A stretch of DNA of 64,000 nucleotides from an uncultured Gammaproteobacteria bacterium (GCA_964573135.1 CAZNIO010000001.1:28612-92611); one strand, 5' to 3'; shown: positions 31,115 through 41,070, counted from the stretch's first letter. The notes: generated by a model from the letters alone, not told the origin. A program made the numbers and translations.

Positions 31115-31702
31115 TTATAATCCACTCTCCTTTTTACGTTCTAATAAATAATCTTCATAAAGTTTCTTGGTTGTTTTGGTAGTAAAGGGTCGCTTGACTG
31201 GCTTGTCATTCTCTTCTAAAAATTTTATCATTTCTTTATCATTTTTACCAAGTTGCTTCTTTAATGCAATAAATCCTTTCGGTGCAGCCATCCACATATA
31301 ATCTAAGTCATTAAAAGTATGCAGTATTGTATCATTCTGATACACGCTGTCATCTCCTAAGCACCAATTGTCATGAACTGAAATATAGTAGCTTATTTTT
31401 TCAATCTTTTCTTTTGGATAATCAACTCGATTCAATATTTCTTTGGCTATTTTAGCCCCATCTTTCATGTGTATAGTTTTAAAATCAGGATCAAATTGAA
31501 GTTTATCTGTACCGCGATTAATGCTATACCCAACATCATGCAAAATAACTAATGGTAAAAGCAAAAAATCATCTATTTTTTCCTGCTGGCAAACTATTTC
31601 CGCATCTTGCATCATCCACTCAATATGATCAATATCCATCGGCCTACCTTTTATATAATATGGCATAGCTAATTCCCATATCTTTTTATATACTTCTTTC
31701 AT
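31115..31702 (-). CDS. HD-domain protein
   Basis: H...ILHDVGY, H...GA..A, HD, DLD metal-binding residues. Confidence 0.85.
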   Translation of the reverse strand: MKEVYKKIWELAMPYYIKGRPMDIDHIEWMMQDAEIVCQQEKIDDFLLLPLVILHDVGYSINRGTDKLQFDPDFKTIHMKDGAKIAKEILNRVDYPKEKIEKISYYISVHDNWCLGDDSVYQNDTILHTFNDLDYMWMAAPKGFIALKKQLGKNDKEMIKFLEENDKPVKRPFTTKTTKKLYEDYLLERKKESGL

Positions 31703-31714
31703 AATTATACTGCC

Positions 31715-33052
31715 TTATTCCCCCTCCACAAAAAATTTAATTGCTCTATCCATTTGCGGATCCTTATCCGCATTGTAATCCTCGAGGGTTAATTCTACTG
31801 GAATATCTGGTTGAATTCCATCCATGTCAATTTGCTTGCCATCTGGCGTTAGCCAGCGAGCAATGGTCAACTTAACTGCTGAGCCATCTTCCAATTCATC
31901 CATTACGCGCTGTACTGATCCTTTGCCAAAACTCACCTCTCCAATAATAGTTGCCACTCCATGATCCTGCAAAGCACCTGCTACAATTTCAGAAGCCGAA
32001 GCCGACCCTATATTAATCAAAACTACTGTCTTAAATTCACCAAGCTTAGCCCCTAACGGCGCTGTGTGTATTTCACTCTCCCCAGTTGCCATTTCTTCTC
32101 GCACCACCACTTCACCTTGCTCCAGCCAATAATCTGATATATTTATAGCTCCATCAAGATATCCCCCTGGATTACTGCGCAAATCAAGGATTAAACCATC
32201 AGGATTTTCCAAAAGTATCTCCTGAACAGCCTCAGCAAAACGACTCTCGGTATCTGCATTAAAACTCGTTATGCGCACCACCATAATTTTCTTGTCCCCC
32301 AGCTCAGCATAATCACTCCCATCAAATATATTCTTACGTACAGAAACAATACGGATGGTATCACGCACTATAGATATTTCTACAAATTCTTTAATTTTTG
32401 GTCGATAAATTTTTAAAGTTACTGCCGTACCCTTATCTCCTCGGATCTTAGCTACTGCCTCAGACAAATCCATGCCTTGCGTATCCTCATTCTCTATCTC
32501 TATTATTATATCTCCCGCCCTAAGACCCGCCTTTTCTGCCGGTGAATCAGGCAAAGGTGAAATTACGGTTAATAAATTATTACGGATGCCAATTTCTGCA
32601 CCAATACCCTCAAATCTTCCCTGCAACTCCTCAATGTATTCTGTTGCTTTTTTAGGCACCATAAAAACAGAGTATGGATCTCCCAAAGAAGCTACCATGC
32701 CTGCTAAGGCGCCATAGAACAATTTGGTCTCACCCACTGGTCCCTCTATGTATGTATTTTGAATTTCATTCCATACCTGCCAGAAAACTCGAAAATTAAC
32801 ATCACGTCCCAAATATTCGGGAATGGAATTCTCTTTCTCTGCAATTACTCCATAATCTGTCGATGTGGCTGAACTGCTTACAATATTAACCTCTCCTCTG
32901 TCCTTGCCCACCATGATACCAATGCCAAAACTAATGATGACTAGGATTATAGTAATGTAAATAAAAAAACCACCTCTAAAGGAAAAGCGTTTACGAGGTT
33001 TTTGGTCTTCAATTAATGACGAATCTTGTTTATTTTTTGAAAACATAATCAT
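31715..33052 (-). CDS. S41 family C-terminal processing protease (CtpA/Prc)
   Basis: DPYS, PDZ GIGA, DLRSNPGG, SASASEI, GKGSVQ. Confidence 0.95.
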   Translation of the reverse strand: MIMFSKNKQDSSLIEDQKPRKRFSFRGGFFIYITIILVIISFGIGIMVGKDRGEVNIVSSSATSTDYGVIAEKENSIPEYLGRDVNFRVFWQVWNEIQNTYIEGPVGETKLFYGALAGMVASLGDPYSVFMVPKKATEYIEELQGRFEGIGAEIGIRNNLLTVISPLPDSPAEKAGLRAGDIIIEIENEDTQGMDLSEAVAKIRGDKGTAVTLKIYRPKIKEFVEISIVRDTIRIVSVRKNIFDGSDYAELGDKKIMVVRITSFNADTESRFAEAVQEILLENPDGLILDLRSNPGGYLDGAINISDYWLEQGEVVVREEMATGESEIHTAPLGAKLGEFKTVVLINIGSASASEIVAGALQDHGVATIIGEVSFGKGSVQRVMDELEDGSAVKLTIARWLTPDGKQIDMDGIQPDIPVELTLEDYNADKDPQMDRAIKFFVEGE

Positions 33053-33134
33053 TTATCTACCCCCATTATATCATCATTTGAAAACATAGCAAAATTTGTG
33101 TATAATTAACCTGTTAATAACTAAATATATCCCT

Positions 33135-33437
33135 ATGCTTGAAACTTCTAAAGATTTACTTTTTATAACTATCGCTTTTTGTGCCCTGCTTTTCACCGGC
33201 GTTATCTGTATACTCATCTGGCAATTTATCTCTATTATAGGTAATGTGCGCGGTATTATGAGTGGTGTCAGACAAAAATTAGACCTGATCGACGACGTGG
33301 TTAAAACCCTAAAGGAAAAAATTCAAAATTCTGCCGGTTATGTAGTTCTCATCGTCAAAGCCGTTGAAAAAATAGTTGACCATCTGCAAGGCAAACGAGC
33401 AGTAACCAAGACAGCCAAGAAAGATAAGGCAAAATAA
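33135..33437 (+). CDS. Small membrane-anchored coiled-coil protein
   Basis: MLETSKDLLFITIAFC TM followed by helical region. Confidence 0.7.
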   Translation: MLETSKDLLFITIAFCALLFTGVICILIWQFISIIGNVRGIMSGVRQKLDLIDDVVKTLKEKIQNSAGYVVLIVKAVEKIVDHLQGKRAVTKTAKKDKAK

Positions 33438-33458
33438 CTCCTAAATATTTAAGTATTA

Positions 33459-33502
33459 AAAAACTGTCGCAACACTATTATACAGTATTGTGACAGTTTT
33501 TT
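33459..33502. terminator. Bidirectional terminator
   Basis: aaaaactgtcgcaa...ttgtgacagttttt between convergent genes. Confidence 0.7.
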
Positions 33503-33522
33503 ATTTTCTTAGCCCAGTGGTC

Positions 33523-33633
33523 TTACTTCATGGCAATATAAACTAAATACCATATTGGCAGAGACAAAAGCACTGCCGTAATAACGCCCTGGATAAAGGA
33601 CCGATTGTATCTGTTTTTTAATTTCGCTCCCAT
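33523..33633 (-). CDS. 36-aa single-TM peptide
   Basis: Manual: MGAKLKNRYNRSFIQGVITAVLLSLPIWYLVYIAMK, preceded by GGGAGG SD and followed by a terminator. Confidence 0.6.
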   Translation of the reverse strand: MGAKLKNRYNRSFIQGVITAVLLSLPIWYLVYIAMK

Positions 33634-33665
33634 AGTCTATCCTCCCGTCAATTTATTTATATTTA

Positions 33666-35060
33666 CTATACCGCTGTCCTTGAAAACAATACTACCAACG
33701 GCGTTTTTAATAAAATTAAAATATCCAATCGCATACTCCATGTCTCTATATACAATGTATCTAACTTTACTTCCATCTCAAAGTCAAGCGTTGATCTGCC
33801 AGACACCTGTGCCAACCCTGTAATCCCTGGCTTTATATCCAACAACTTCCTATGATGCTTCTGATATCTTTCTACCTCCCTGGGTTCATGCGGCCGTGGA
33901 CCAACTAAACTCATATTGCCAATCAATACATTCCAAAAATTAGGTATTTCATCCAAACTCGTTCTCCTAAGAAACTTGCCAATCCCAGTAATACGCGGAT
34001 CATTTTCCATTTTAAATAATGGTCCATCAGGCCGCTCATTCTTTTGCATCAACTCTTCCTTCATCTTATCTGCGCCTGAAACCATTGATCTAAATTTATA
34101 TAAATAAAATTTCTTACCCCGAGCTCCTACTCTGTGTGTCCTATAAACCGCTTTCCCTCTTGAATCCATCTTAATAACCAAAGGCAAAATTAAAAACACA
34201 GGAGATAATATAATCATAGCTAAAATCGAACCCAATATATCACACATTCTCTTAACTACTCGACCCCAACCATCCAACGGAGTTTTTTTTATTTCGATTA
34301 AAGGAATACCAGCCACCGCATTTACCTCGATGTTAGTTCGACGCGCTCCAAGTAAGTCCGCCGCGTACTTAAAATCCAAATGATACTCATTGGCTAAATC
34401 CATAAGTTTTAAAGTTTCCTCGCGACTTAAATTAGCATCAGCCTGCACAATTTCATCTATTCTACCCTGCTTGTATAATTCTTGAATTTTTGCAATTAAT
34501 TCATCTCCATAATGATCCGCCACATATGCCACCTCGATTCCTAATTTCGTCGTATTCGAAAATTCTTCAACCAATTCCCTGCTTGTCTTATCTCCACCCA
34601 CTAATACCATCCTGTGTACGCCTATGCCTTTCCTATAAGCCAATCTTTGAATATAACGCAAAAGTAAATGAGCAATACTTATATACACTATACTAATGAT
34701 CCAAACAGCTAATATTATAAATCGAGAAGAAAAAAGTTCACGTGAAAAAAAGAAAACCACAATCACCGCCAAAGTACCCGTTGAACAAGCTAACACCACC
34801 TTATTAAGTAAACCAAACACCTTCCTTTGTGGTCGCATTGAAAAAAGACCAGACATAGCAAAAATTACAATCCAAATAATAGCAAAAATGTATACGAACT
34901 TTAAATAATCTACTAAAGCCAAACTAAAAACAACTTCCCGAATGTTTTCTGTATAACCTCGCGAATAACGCACAAAATATGCTGACATGCCAGCTAATAC
35001 CAATAAGACATAATCAATTGGCACCAGCATTGATGAAAATATTATCTCTGACTTCTTCAT
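33666..35060 (-). CDS. Undecaprenyl-phosphate sugar phosphotransferase (WcaJ/WbaP-like)
   Basis: KFRSM, DPRIT..G.FLRRTSLDE.P, GNMSLVGPRP, KPGITGLAQVSGR. Confidence 0.95.
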   Translation of the reverse strand: MKKSEIIFSSMLVPIDYVLLVLAGMSAYFVRYSRGYTENIREVVFSLALVDYLKFVYIFAIIWIVIFAMSGLFSMRPQRKVFGLLNKVVLACSTGTLAVIVVFFFSRELFSSRFIILAVWIISIVYISIAHLLLRYIQRLAYRKGIGVHRMVLVGGDKTSRELVEEFSNTTKLGIEVAYVADHYGDELIAKIQELYKQGRIDEIVQADANLSREETLKLMDLANEYHLDFKYAADLLGARRTNIEVNAVAGIPLIEIKKTPLDGWGRVVKRMCDILGSILAMIILSPVFLILPLVIKMDSRGKAVYRTHRVGARGKKFYLYKFRSMVSGADKMKEELMQKNERPDGPLFKMENDPRITGIGKFLRRTSLDEIPNFWNVLIGNMSLVGPRPHEPREVERYQKHHRKLLDIKPGITGLAQVSGRSTLDFEMEVKLDTLYIETWSMRLDILILLKTPLVVLFSRTAV

Positions 35061-35108
35061 ATAATTTTATATTACCACTTTACCGCCCAAAATCAAGCAA
35101 AACAAAAA

Positions 35109-35474
35109 CCCAAGCAGGTTATAAGCCGGGTTCTGTCATATCCCGGCACAAAGCCGGGATCGGATGGTCATCTATCTAAACGAGCTACCATTTGTGCTCT
35201 TGCACCAGGCAGGGTTTACCGCGAGACTACGTCACCGTAATCAAGTGTGAGCTCTTACCTCACATTTTCACCCTTACCTCAAAAGAGGCGGTTTACTTTC
35301 TGTTGCACTTTCCCTGGGTTTTGAGATTGTCCACAAAAAATTTCTCGAGAGAACTTCTTAATGTATCTCTTATACCCGGTCACTTTCACGACTGCCATGA
35401 CTCCCGAAAAACGGGAGGGTGCCCGGACTTTCCTATCTAGCTAAAAGCTAGATTAACCATCGTACCTACTTGAG
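35109..35474 (-). ncRNA. rnpB: RNase P RNA
   Basis: Minus strand has AGGAAAGTCCGGGCAC, AGTGCAACAGAAAG, GGTAAACCCTGCCTGGTGCAAG, AGATAGATG, ACAGAACCCGGCTTA; ends pair (ctcaagtaggt/acctgcttggg); TTGACA promoter at 35510. Confidence 0.96.
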
Positions 35475-35513
35475 TAAAATTATATTACCAAATTATTACC
35501 TTTTTGTCAAATA

Positions 35514-35729
35514 CTATTTACCATTTTTCTTAACCACAAACCAAATACCCAGAAAAATAATAAACAAAGGCCAGACATAATCCCAAGGTATATTACCTAA
35601 AATTTTTATACTAAATACTTTTTCAAAGAAAAAGACCACGCCAATAATAATTAGAATAACACCAATTACAGATATCTTGCTCTTTCCCTGACAACACACT
35701 TTATTCTCTTCTTGTTTATTTTCTTCCAT
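35514..35729 (-). CDS. Small membrane protein (LiaI/DUF5668-like)
   Basis: GVILIIIGVVFF...WDYVWPLFIIFLG. Confidence 0.7.
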   Translation of the reverse strand: MEENKQEENKVCCQGKSKISVIGVILIIIGVVFFFEKVFSIKILGNIPWDYVWPLFIIFLGIWFVVKKNGK

Positions 35730-35770
35730 ATATATTTTTTAACTTATAATTATATCCTTAAACGTTCATT

Positions 35771-36199
35771 CTATTTAGTAATAATACCCTTAGCTTCTTC
35801 CAAAAAATCCTTAGCTTTACCTAACAATTTTTTAGCGTTCATCTCGCTAAAATCACCATAATAATCCGCTGATTCTCTTAAGCGCTTTGCTTCAAGGAGT
35901 GCTTCTAAAAACAAAACACTTAATTCCCCAGATTTAACATATAATTCCCGTATTGATTGAGCCAGACAATAATGGCTCCTCTCTCTGTAATTCTTGTGAT
36001 AAATCAAAGCTCGAGCAGAATGAAACATTGAATAATACACTTGAACAATTGACCAGCGATAACTTGAATCAGCAAAACTCTGCTTGGCTGCCTTTAAGTC
36101 CTCTTGAGCTAACCTTAATTCTTTAGACGCTAATTCCTTGCCTCTAGAAAATTTTTTAATTTTACCCGCCTTAAGGCAGTCTTTAAAATTCTTAATCAT
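35771..36199 (-). CDS. HEPN domain protein (MNT-HEPN pair)
   Basis: YYSMFHSARAL, RSH, LRESADY. Confidence 0.9.
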   Translation of the reverse strand: MIKNFKDCLKAGKIKKFSRGKELASKELRLAQEDLKAAKQSFADSSYRWSIVQVYYSMFHSARALIYHKNYRERSHYCLAQSIRELYVKSGELSVLFLEALLEAKRLRESADYYGDFSEMNAKKLLGKAKDFLEEAKGIITK

Positions 36200-36720
36200 A
36201 AATTGGAAAACAATTTAATACCTTGTTTTACTTCATTATAAAATTCAGGATCTTTAATTTCCATTTCGCTCCATTGACTCGGCGTTTTAATAACCGAATT
36301 AATCTTCATCTTTAGAGCATCTTTTTTAATAGCGCCCTCAATTCCGCCCACATTGTCGGTCAAAACAAACAGATCAACGTCGCTCTCAGCTGTTTGCTCA
36401 CCACGGGCAGCCGATCCAAATAGAATAATCTCATGACTTATATTCTTAATCTTATCAACAACGGGCAATAATTTTTTAGTCACTACTGCTGATTTAAACT
36501 GTCGAACAAAAGGATTGTTATCAACAATTTGATAAAATTTCATATTCCCTTTTTGTAAAACATCTACCAGCTTCTCCTTAACCAGAAACTTCAATGCGCC
36601 ATGCACTCCGCCCAAGCTTATCTTTAATTTAGAAGCGATTTCACTGCCAAAAAACTCTTCCTCTGGATGATCACCCAGGAAAATAATAATTTTTTCACGA
36701 TTCTTAGTTAATTTAATCAT
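36196..36720 (-). CDS. wHTH + minimal nucleotidyltransferase (MNT)
   Basis: N-terminal HTH, LFGSAARGE..ESDVDLFV. Confidence 0.9.
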   Translation of the reverse strand: MIKLTKNREKIIIFLGDHPEEEFFGSEIASKLKISLGGVHGALKFLVKEKLVDVLQKGNMKFYQIVDNNPFVRQFKSAVVTKKLLPVVDKIKNISHEIILFGSAARGEQTAESDVDLFVLTDNVGGIEGAIKKDALKMKINSVIKTPSQWSEMEIKDPEFYNEVKQGIKLFSNL

Positions 36721-36726
36721 ATTAAT

Positions 36727-36770
36727 AAAAAATGAAAGTACTTTCATTTTTTTGAAAGTACTTTCATTTT
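36727..36770. promoter_or_regulatory. Tandem palindromic operator upstream of MNT-HEPN
   Basis: TGAAAGTACTTTCA twice (36733 and 36753), lying between the -10 box and the start codon. Confidence 0.75.
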
Positions 36771-36801
36771 ATCTCATGCTTGTAAATCTGTCAAATAGCC
36801 C

Positions 36802-37860
36802 TTATCTCAAATATTTATTCTTGTTCTCAATATGTCCCTCAAAATCTTCCGCATAGTGTACACCACCTTCCTTATCCGTTAAAAAATACCAATAATCTGT
36901 ACTTGCTGGGTAAATGGCTGCTTCAATCGACGCAATACCAGGATTTGAAATTGGTCCTGGCGTCAACCCCGCATATTTATATGTATTATATGCTGAATCA
37001 ATTTCAAGATCCTTAAGAGACACCGCAGGTGTCTTTTTGCCTGTTATATAATTTACAGTTGAGTCAGCCTGCAAGGCTCTGCCTGCCCCAAATCTATTCC
37101 AAAATATTCCTGAAACTATTGGCCTATCGTCTTCTGTTCTAACTTCCCTTTCAATAATTGATGCCATTATTATAATATCAAAAATAGTTTTATCTTGCTT
37201 TTCAACATCTTCTCTCATCTTAGATGTTAATTTTTTATCAAAATTATTAAGCATCTTAAAAATCACATCCTCAATGCTAGCATCAGGAAAAAACCTATAA
37301 GTATCTGGGAATAAATATCCTTCTAAACTCACTCCATCTGGCTTATCCTCCAAAAAATCATATTTAGAAGAAAAATCTGCCCCAACAGCCCCCAAAAAAT
37401 CATCAACTGAAAATTTTTCAGACTTCTCAAGCAATCCCCCTATTTCCTTAACCGTCAATCCCTCAATCACTGTTAATTCCCACTCGTCTCCTTTTTGTCC
37501 TGTAGTTAGAATGTCCACCAATCTCTTAATGTTAATCACTTCTGGAAAATCATAAGATGCTGCCTGAAAGTTGCTCTCAACTCCTTTTAAAAATGCATAG
37601 ATTTCAAAAACAAAGGAGTTTTTAATAACTCCTTTATCTTTCAAATTTTGACTTATTCGATTTACCCCTTCTCCTTGATTAATAATAAACTTATCCTCTA
37701 GCCCAACTTTTTTTGGTACAGATATTGCAAAAACAAACCAGGCACTTAAAACAAGCCCCACCACAATTACTAATACAATTAATGTACCAAAAATTCGACT
37801 ACTCTTAGATGGTCCTTTTGTTTCCCCTCTTCTCATTGGTACTACCCTATTTTTCTCCAT
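36802..37860 (-). CDS. mltG: Endolytic transglycosylase MltG
   Basis: LEGYLFPDTY, ASIIERE, LQADSTV, YNTYKYAGL.PGPISNPG. Confidence 0.96.
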   Translation of the reverse strand: MEKNRVVPMRRGETKGPSKSSRIFGTLIVLVIVVGLVLSAWFVFAISVPKKVGLEDKFIINQGEGVNRISQNLKDKGVIKNSFVFEIYAFLKGVESNFQAASYDFPEVINIKRLVDILTTGQKGDEWELTVIEGLTVKEIGGLLEKSEKFSVDDFLGAVGADFSSKYDFLEDKPDGVSLEGYLFPDTYRFFPDASIEDVIFKMLNNFDKKLTSKMREDVEKQDKTIFDIIIMASIIEREVRTEDDRPIVSGIFWNRFGAGRALQADSTVNYITGKKTPAVSLKDLEIDSAYNTYKYAGLTPGPISNPGIASIEAAIYPASTDYWYFLTDKEGGVHYAEDFEGHIENKNKYLR

Positions 37861-37865
37861 ATACT

Positions 37866-38903
37866 TTAAAGATATTTATCATTCCCCTCTTCTTCTAATT
37901 TTTCAACTAATTGGGTGACTTCTTTAACTTTTTCTTTGGGTACTACGATCATGGCATCTTTAGTATTAACTACCACCATTCCTTCAAGCCCCACTGTAGT
38001 TACCAGCTTTTCACCCTCTAAATTATATACCAAACAGTCTTTTGAGTGCAAATTAGTTACCTTGCCTTGTACTACATTACTTTCTTTATCCTTTTGGAGT
38101 GCTTCTTTAAGCGCATACAAGGTGCCTGGATCGCTCCAACCCATATCTGTCTTTAATACCACAGCTTCCTCTGCCTTAATTTTTTCAGCAATTACATTAT
38201 CAAAATGAATTGGCTCAATTTGATCATATTTGCCTTGACTAATCTTTTCTAGCATTGGCGCAGCCAATTCTTTGTATTTAGATAAAATAAAATCAAGTGA
38301 ACTCACAAAATATCCTGAATTCCACAAATACTCTCCTGACTCAAACATTCTATCACACTCATTTTGGCTTGGCTTGTATTTCCAATTTCTAAATTCAAAA
38401 TAATCATTTCCTCCAGCTTCTCCCAACTTTTCACCCAAATGAATATATCCAAAGTTATTATTAGCAAATCTTGGTTTTTCTGCCAAAAAAACAAACCTTT
38501 GAGAATCTTCTTCAATTAGCTCTTCAGCTAATTGAAGATTTTTAATAAAGTTCTCTGGTTTTTCCATTATATGATCAGCCCAAGCTATGGCTACCGGTCC
38601 CCTATATCCCAAACCCAATAACTTAGACATGGCCAAAGCTACTGCTGGCCCCACATTCCTTCTGCATGGCTCAATAAATAGATTTTTCTTGGGTAACCCT
38701 TTAATTTGCTCTTCAACTATTCCCTTATATTCTTCAACTGTTTGAATATATATATTTTCCATGCCAAAACAAGCCAATCTCTCAACAGCTAATTCTAGGG
38801 TAGATTTACCATTAAATATACGATCAAATTGTTTGGGCGAGTTCTTTCTAGACAATGGCCACAATCTAGTACCCTTGCCACCAGCAAATATTACGATTTT
38901 CAT
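37866..38903 (-). CDS. Mannose-1-phosphate guanylyltransferase-like sugar-phosphate nucleotidyltransferase
   Basis: AGGKGTRLWPLSR..PKQF, EP.RRN..PA, WADH, WNSG, GWSDPG. Confidence 0.9.
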   Translation of the reverse strand: MKIVIFAGGKGTRLWPLSRKNSPKQFDRIFNGKSTLELAVERLACFGMENIYIQTVEEYKGIVEEQIKGLPKKNLFIEPCRRNVGPAVALAMSKLLGLGYRGPVAIAWADHIMEKPENFIKNLQLAEELIEEDSQRFVFLAEKPRFANNNFGYIHLGEKLGEAGGNDYFEFRNWKYKPSQNECDRMFESGEYLWNSGYFVSSLDFILSKYKELAAPMLEKISQGKYDQIEPIHFDNVIAEKIKAEEAVVLKTDMGWSDPGTLYALKEALQKDKESNVVQGKVTNLHSKDCLVYNLEGEKLVTTVGLEGMVVVNTKDAMIVVPKEKVKEVTQLVEKLEEEGNDKYL

Positions 38904-39000
38904 ATAATTTAAGCTTAACATAACATGCGGAAATGACAAATAACAAAAATACCCCATCCACAAATGGATGGGGTATTAAAAAAAATCTAATAAAAATACT

Positions 39001-39327
39001 TTATAAATTCAGCCTAATACCTTCTTTTCTTATTTCTTCAATCAAAGATGAGCCCTCCTTAAAATCCTTTGGGCTATACCCAAGTGGCTCAACAGTTAAA
39101 TCCATATCAAAAATTCTTTTTTGCCAAAGATATTGCGTTGCATCAAATGAATTTTTGAATTTAGGTGAAACCACACACACGTCAATGTCACTCCACTTAT
39201 GCCAAGCTCCCCTTGCATAAGAACCAAAAAGCCAAACTTCGCCAATAGGCAAACTATCTTCTCTTAAAATATCAACATATTCTTTCACTTTTTTTTTCAC
39301 TTTTTCAGGTATTCGCTTTTTAGCCAT
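39001..39327 (-). CDS. Minimal nucleotidyltransferase (MNT)
   Basis: LFGSYARG....WSDIDVCVVS. Confidence 0.9.
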   Translation of the reverse strand: MAKKRIPEKVKKKVKEYVDILREDSLPIGEVWLFGSYARGAWHKWSDIDVCVVSPKFKNSFDATQYLWQKRIFDMDLTVEPLGYSPKDFKEGSSLIEEIRKEGIRLNL

Positions 39328-39443
39328 AAAAATATTTGTTCACAATTTTTTAAATTCTTATAAGTATAACTTCTGGTGCACTTTTTATAAAAAGCTAACT
39401 TCTCATCACCATGGCGTCCAGCGATATTAAAAATTCTAATAAA
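39297..39443 (-). pseudogene. 3' remnant of a HEPN gene
   Basis: Manual: ...FNIAGRHGDEKLAFYKKCTRSYTYKNLKNCEQIFLWLKSEYLKK*, overlapping the MNT start, no start codon; resembles HEPN C-termini (FNI.ARY.D.K..FYK.CT...WL). Confidence 0.7.
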
Positions 39444-40139
39444 TTATTTAACTGACAAATAACTTTTTAATAAAAATAGGGTTTCCTGCTTTAAATTTTC
39501 CCTTGCCCATTCTTTATCTTTATCACTCAAAACCTCGCCCAATCCCTGCAATATGTTCCGCTGATCAATCTTTTCTATAATCCTAATACTCTCCTCTAAT
39601 TGTTCTTTAATATTGTTACCTGTCCAAAATTTAAGAACATCCTCATCAATATCCCAACCATTTTTCGCGAAATAATAAAGGTCATAAATATCTCTCATTG
39701 CAATATTTTTACGCCCTGTCAAGGCTGATAATTTATTAGCAAAAAGTGATTCTTTTTTGGCACTAAGCATTGGAATTCCCAGATATTCCTTTGGCACATA
39801 TTCATTATTATTTTCACGAGTAGAAATTTCTATTTTAATATTATGATCTTCATCACCATAAGATAAAAGGAAAAATATTGTCCATCTTTCAATACATTTT
39901 TCTTTAATTATTCCGAACTCTTTTAATATATTTTCTATTTTTTTAAAAACTAACTCTTTATTCGGTTCACTCGCCTCAATTAAATCAAAATCCAAATCAA
40001 CCGAGAATCTGGGGAGATTATAAAAAAAGTAAGCACAAGTCCCACCCTTAAACCCTAGTAGTGATGAAATTTCAACATCACTATAAATACTTTTTAAAAT
40101 TTGCACCATTATTAATTGATGCTTTTCTCTATTTAGCAT
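39444..40139 (-). CDS. AbiEii/AbiGii nucleotidyltransferase toxin (type IV TA)
   Basis: FKGGTCAYFFYNLPRFSVDLDFD, KIEIS, NKLSAL..R...RDIYD. Confidence 0.92.
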   Translation of the reverse strand: MLNREKHQLIMVQILKSIYSDVEISSLLGFKGGTCAYFFYNLPRFSVDLDFDLIEASEPNKELVFKKIENILKEFGIIKEKCIERWTIFFLLSYGDEDHNIKIEISTRENNNEYVPKEYLGIPMLSAKKESLFANKLSALTGRKNIAMRDIYDLYYFAKNGWDIDEDVLKFWTGNNIKEQLEESIRIIEKIDQRNILQGLGEVLSDKDKEWARENLKQETLFLLKSYLSVK

Positions 40140-40698
40140 ATTTATAATATTTTTTTAATCTGGCCTCTAGCCGCTTGTTTTTATAAATTCTCGCCAATTG
40201 AGCACATTTTTCCCAGTCAATCTTTCTTAAATTATCAAAATGGTAATCTTTAAATAAATAAATCATATCAAGAAATGCACGCTCTTTAGTCGCTTGGCCG
40301 TACCCATTTTTATTCACAACCCCTTGGTTGTTCGCCAAAACTTCATTTTTTAATTTTCTAAATACAAATTTATGCCCCTCACACCTTAATGCCCTTGATA
40401 AATAACTTGCTACAAAAACAGCATTGTGGTGTTGAAATATAACCCCCTCTTCACGAAGTACGGTTTCAAAACTGATATAAGCTGGTGTATAGATACTTGT
40501 TGCGAATTCTTTGGGATTAAAATTTTTATCTTTACAGAATATTCCTTTCCTCAATCTAAATAAATTGCCCGTCTTTACATAATACGAAATTTTAGATTTC
40601 AAATTATCTTTATCTTTTTCTTTCCACAAAAAAGCTATATCCTTCGTCGTTAATACAGTTTTTTTAGATTTATAAAGCTTTAATAATGAATTATCCAC
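40129..40698 (-). CDS. AbiEi-family antitoxin
   Basis: GTG start; RLRKGIF, PAYISFETVL..EGVIFQ, ATKERAFLDMIY. Confidence 0.88.
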   Translation of the reverse strand: MDNSLLKLYKSKKTVLTTKDIAFLWKEKDKDNLKSKISYYVKTGNLFRLRKGIFCKDKNFNPKEFATSIYTPAYISFETVLREEGVIFQHHNAVFVASYLSRALRCEGHKFVFRKLKNEVLANNQGVVNKNGYGQATKERAFLDMIYLFKDYHFDNLRKIDWEKCAQLARIYKNKRLEARLKKYYKYAK

Positions 40699-40854
40699 AA
40701 ATTTAGTATAAAGGTAAGACTTTCTCTTACTTTCATTCTACGCTCCTTATTTTAGACTGTCAACTATGCTCATGGACTTGAACACTGAAATAATGCAAGA
40801 TAACTATCCATCATTGATGTATTAATTTAATAATAGCACATTAAACAAACGCAA

Positions 40855-40934
40855 CAAAAACAAAACCACCCCTTTTCTCAAATAACCTTATATAAAGACT
40901 AGCTGAAAAATGAAGTGGTTTTGATGTTTTTTTA
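40855..40934 (-). repeat. Copy 1 of ~80-bp structured repeat (long hairpin + U tract)
   Basis: First 29 nt identical to 48948-48976; remainder differs by changes that preserve pairing on the minus strand. Confidence 0.85.
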
Positions 40935-41070
40935 TATTAAATTTGTTTGTTTTTTGTTTTAGTTATGGACGGGATGCGAAGGCCTGTTTAATGTTGGGTT
41001 ACAATAACCCGATCGAGGAAAAATTTATAGATAATTGCCTCCGCATTCCGTCCTGGTGATCATTAAACAT
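40855..41070 (-). ncRNA. Putative structured ncRNA A
   Basis: TCGACA-16-TGC-TAATGT promoter (41103-41076); 17-bp stem 41053-41037/40983-40967 with inner hairpin; A-rich linker; shared 3' hairpin; no ORF. Confidence 0.55.

Noticed and set aside
34979-35440. Plus-strand ORFs of 66 and 82 aa
   Set aside because: They lie antisense to RNase P RNA and the WcaJ-like gene start; shadow ORFs
40770-40850. Promoter-like TGCTATTAT followed by a 14-codon ORF upstream of AbiEi
   Set aside because: Too short and featureless to support; probably a remnant
41002-41012. 11-nt complementarity of RNA A (uuuuccucgau) to the proposed infA start (aucgaggaaaa)
   Set aside because: A match of this length is roughly expected by chance in an AT-rich 64-kb window; needs conservation data
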